This document shows positions 61,591-64,000 of a DNA stretch of 64,000 nucleotides, piece after piece. A program made the position numbers and the translations under genes. The first letter of the stretch is position 1. Every line of letters begins with the position of its first letter. Source of the stretch: the human T2T-CHM13v2.0 reference genome, Homo sapiens; the NCBI RefSeq assembly GCF_009914755.1, contig NC_060934.1; one strand, given 5' to 3'. The notes under the pieces are model-generated. The model had not been told where the DNA came from and ran no database searches. It was given only the letters and a program-made list of their open reading frames with translations.

Positions 61591-64000
61591 TCAATAATTT
61601 CAATATGGGCTCTGAAATTAAATTATTCTGTTCATCTAAAAATTAACAATAAATTCACTCCAAGTATTTGATGCCATATAATCTACATGAATGGAGGCTC
61701 AGGAGTTATCATTTGCTATTGCTTTTCATTGCTACAAAATCTTATCCTATGCTATGATAAGAAAGTTCATCAAATTTATCTTGTCTTCTCTATGAGAAAA
61801 TAATAAAGAAAAGCCTGACATGCAAAAAAAAAAATGTGCACTTTTCCTTTGCCAACCTTCCCTCAGCACCCCAGACCATGTGAGTGTGTTCAAGTTCACA
61901 CCCACCCGTAAGCCTGGCACATTATTCTTAGTGGGTTAACTAATGTTCAGCATAAATTGAAAACAGCAGCAACAAAAACACAGCACAGTATCTTCAAGAG
62001 GCCTGTCTGCATCTGTCTTTGATTCCGAGGACTGACTTCGCTGAGGTCAGCTGGGTAAGACATTCCCTCTGTCCAATATCACATGGAAAAGTCCTCAATA
62101 CGAGATCGTCATTCCTACTCCCTCAACACCTCCTCCCCTGGGTGTTACCGATAAACTTACGACTGCTTCGAAGAATGAAAGCTCTTCTCCTACCACCAAG
62201 TCTATGAACACTGAAGGCTGCTTGGGGCAGCCGACTTTCAGGATTCCGACCAGAAAGCTTTCTAGTTTTTAGGTACATGTTGTTGTGAGTGATAGCCCAG
62301 GACAAATGCTCAGAGCTCCACAATGAAGGGGAAATTCAAACAGCACATGACAGACTCCCCAGATGTGAGAACCAGACACCCCAAACAAAAACACGGAGGG
62401 AAATCGCTTAATGCATCAGCCACAGGGGCAGAAATCGAAACCGTAAATAACAGCTGAGGCCAAATCCCAAACCGCCAGGTCCCACTGGAAAGATCCCAAA
62501 CTGCAGGTGACCAGGAGCCAGAGTCACCTGAGCCCTTTGGGGGTCGGAGGTCACATCACTATTTGCAGTGGGGCGTCTCTGACTCAGGGCCGGGGGTCCG
62601 GGGCACACCGCATTCTGGTTCAGGGGTGCCGCACTACTTCTTTGATTCTGCTGGTCTACGCCTTCACACCCAGTCTTTGGACCTCAGCTGAGTGCCCTGG
62701 TCTCACCAGCATCTCAGCAAACGGGGTGGAGAGTTACACTGGAGCAAAAAAACAAGCCCTGAGAAGCGCCTCATTGCAAAGCATCCTGGGTGCCAGGCTT
62801 CCTGGGGCTTTCTCTGAACTCTTAAGCACCAAAAGAAGAAAAAAGAGAGCAGAAAATCAGGCGTTCTATTTCTACCTTTCTATAGAAGGTTACAGCTCAT
62901 CGATTTCCTTTCTATAAACGTTCCTCTCTTAAGCTCCTGAACCTGGACTGCCAAAAAGCAGCACACAGGACAGGCCAGGTCTGCTGCCGAGCAAACACAA
63001 GTGGAGAGCCCCTGCCTGCTCAGCACCCCTGAAGCTCATGCGGAAAACCCACAAAGGGGTGCCCACAGATGGCCCACATGAAAGGCATGTTTCTCTTTTT
63101 TTCTGAAAAACAGAAGTTAGATACTGTCACTGACATTTACATACTGATATTTTAAGCCAAATAAATTCTAAGAAAAACCACAAGGCTCCCCAAGTCTCTG
63201 AGAGCCACCCTGGGATTTTCTCCAAGGACAATGTCCCCCCACCATGATGTGTGGAGTCCCTGTGAAGGCAGAGGCTCCATCGCCCTACCCAGGTGCGTGT
63301 TTTCAGAGTCGTTTCTGCCAGGAGCGCTTGGCTGGTCTGCTCTCACCTTCATCATGGGTCTGTGTCTGCAGCTGAAACAGTCACTCCAGGACCCACGGAC
63401 AGGAGTAAATAGATTAGATGTTCCGCTCCCCGTTGGCCTCTTGTGCCCAGGCTGGCTCACTGGTTTGCTTTCTCTTTCACACACAGACACTAGCCTGATA
63501 CACTGTCTATAAAGTGAGGACTACAGGCCTGGTGATTCATGAGATGGTATGTAAGTTACAAGGCAAAAATTTCCTGAACACCTCGTGCAATGCAAAGGAA
63601 CGCAACAGCCGACAAGACCCTTTTGGTCATAGGAGGCGAGCAATCTCCTGATATGACATAGATCATGGTTTATCTCTCTTTTGGGGACCCTGGTACTCCG
63701 GGAGAGGTTGGGGTAGAAGGATTTGGGATAGAAAAAGATGCTCCCAATGGACAATGACCCTACTGAGCATGGACACGTGACTTAGGATAAACAGCATCAC
63801 CACTGCCTGTGCCTAACAACTCCACCCTCCATGCAACTGGGCATGGGCATCCTGTAAAAGGCCCAGCATGTGAGGGGCGGTCACCAGCTGGGCCTGTGCC
63901 TCCACGCCAAGGCCTGCTTCGTTCTGAGTTTGCTTATGGGGTACGTCTGGACCTCAGTGGACCATTGAGTGACTCTGGTTCCAGCTTCTCCCAGGTCCCC

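Noticed and set aside
62161-62262. Possible further SFMBT2 exon ending at a GTAAGT donor
   Set aside because: Poor acceptor and the translation does not resemble SFMBT2; the next true exon is probably beyond the window

Overview
Primate (almost certainly human) genomic DNA. The right half holds the 3' end of the Polycomb-group gene SFMBT2 on the minus strand. Six terminal coding exons (58509 down to 33547, 987 nt, reading frame continuous across all GT-AG junctions) encode the end of the SLED region, a basic/acidic linker and the SAM domain. A ~5.1 kb 3'UTR follows, ending near 28400. The left half is intergenic and repeat-rich. Its most notable element is a young (L1PA2/PA3-type) LINE-1 at 7235-12745 whose 5'UTR has been precisely spliced at the known +97 donor/+622 acceptor junction, i.e. 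a SpIRE. It has a 17-bp TSD, 23 non-L1 bases at its 5' end and only two obvious coding lesions. Also present: two minisatellites (57 bp and 41 bp units), a nested-palindrome scar at 21825-21915, a long intronic hairpin, many Alus, MaLR/ERV LTRs and microsatellites. Repeat subfamily calls are from recalled consensus sequences, not from a search.
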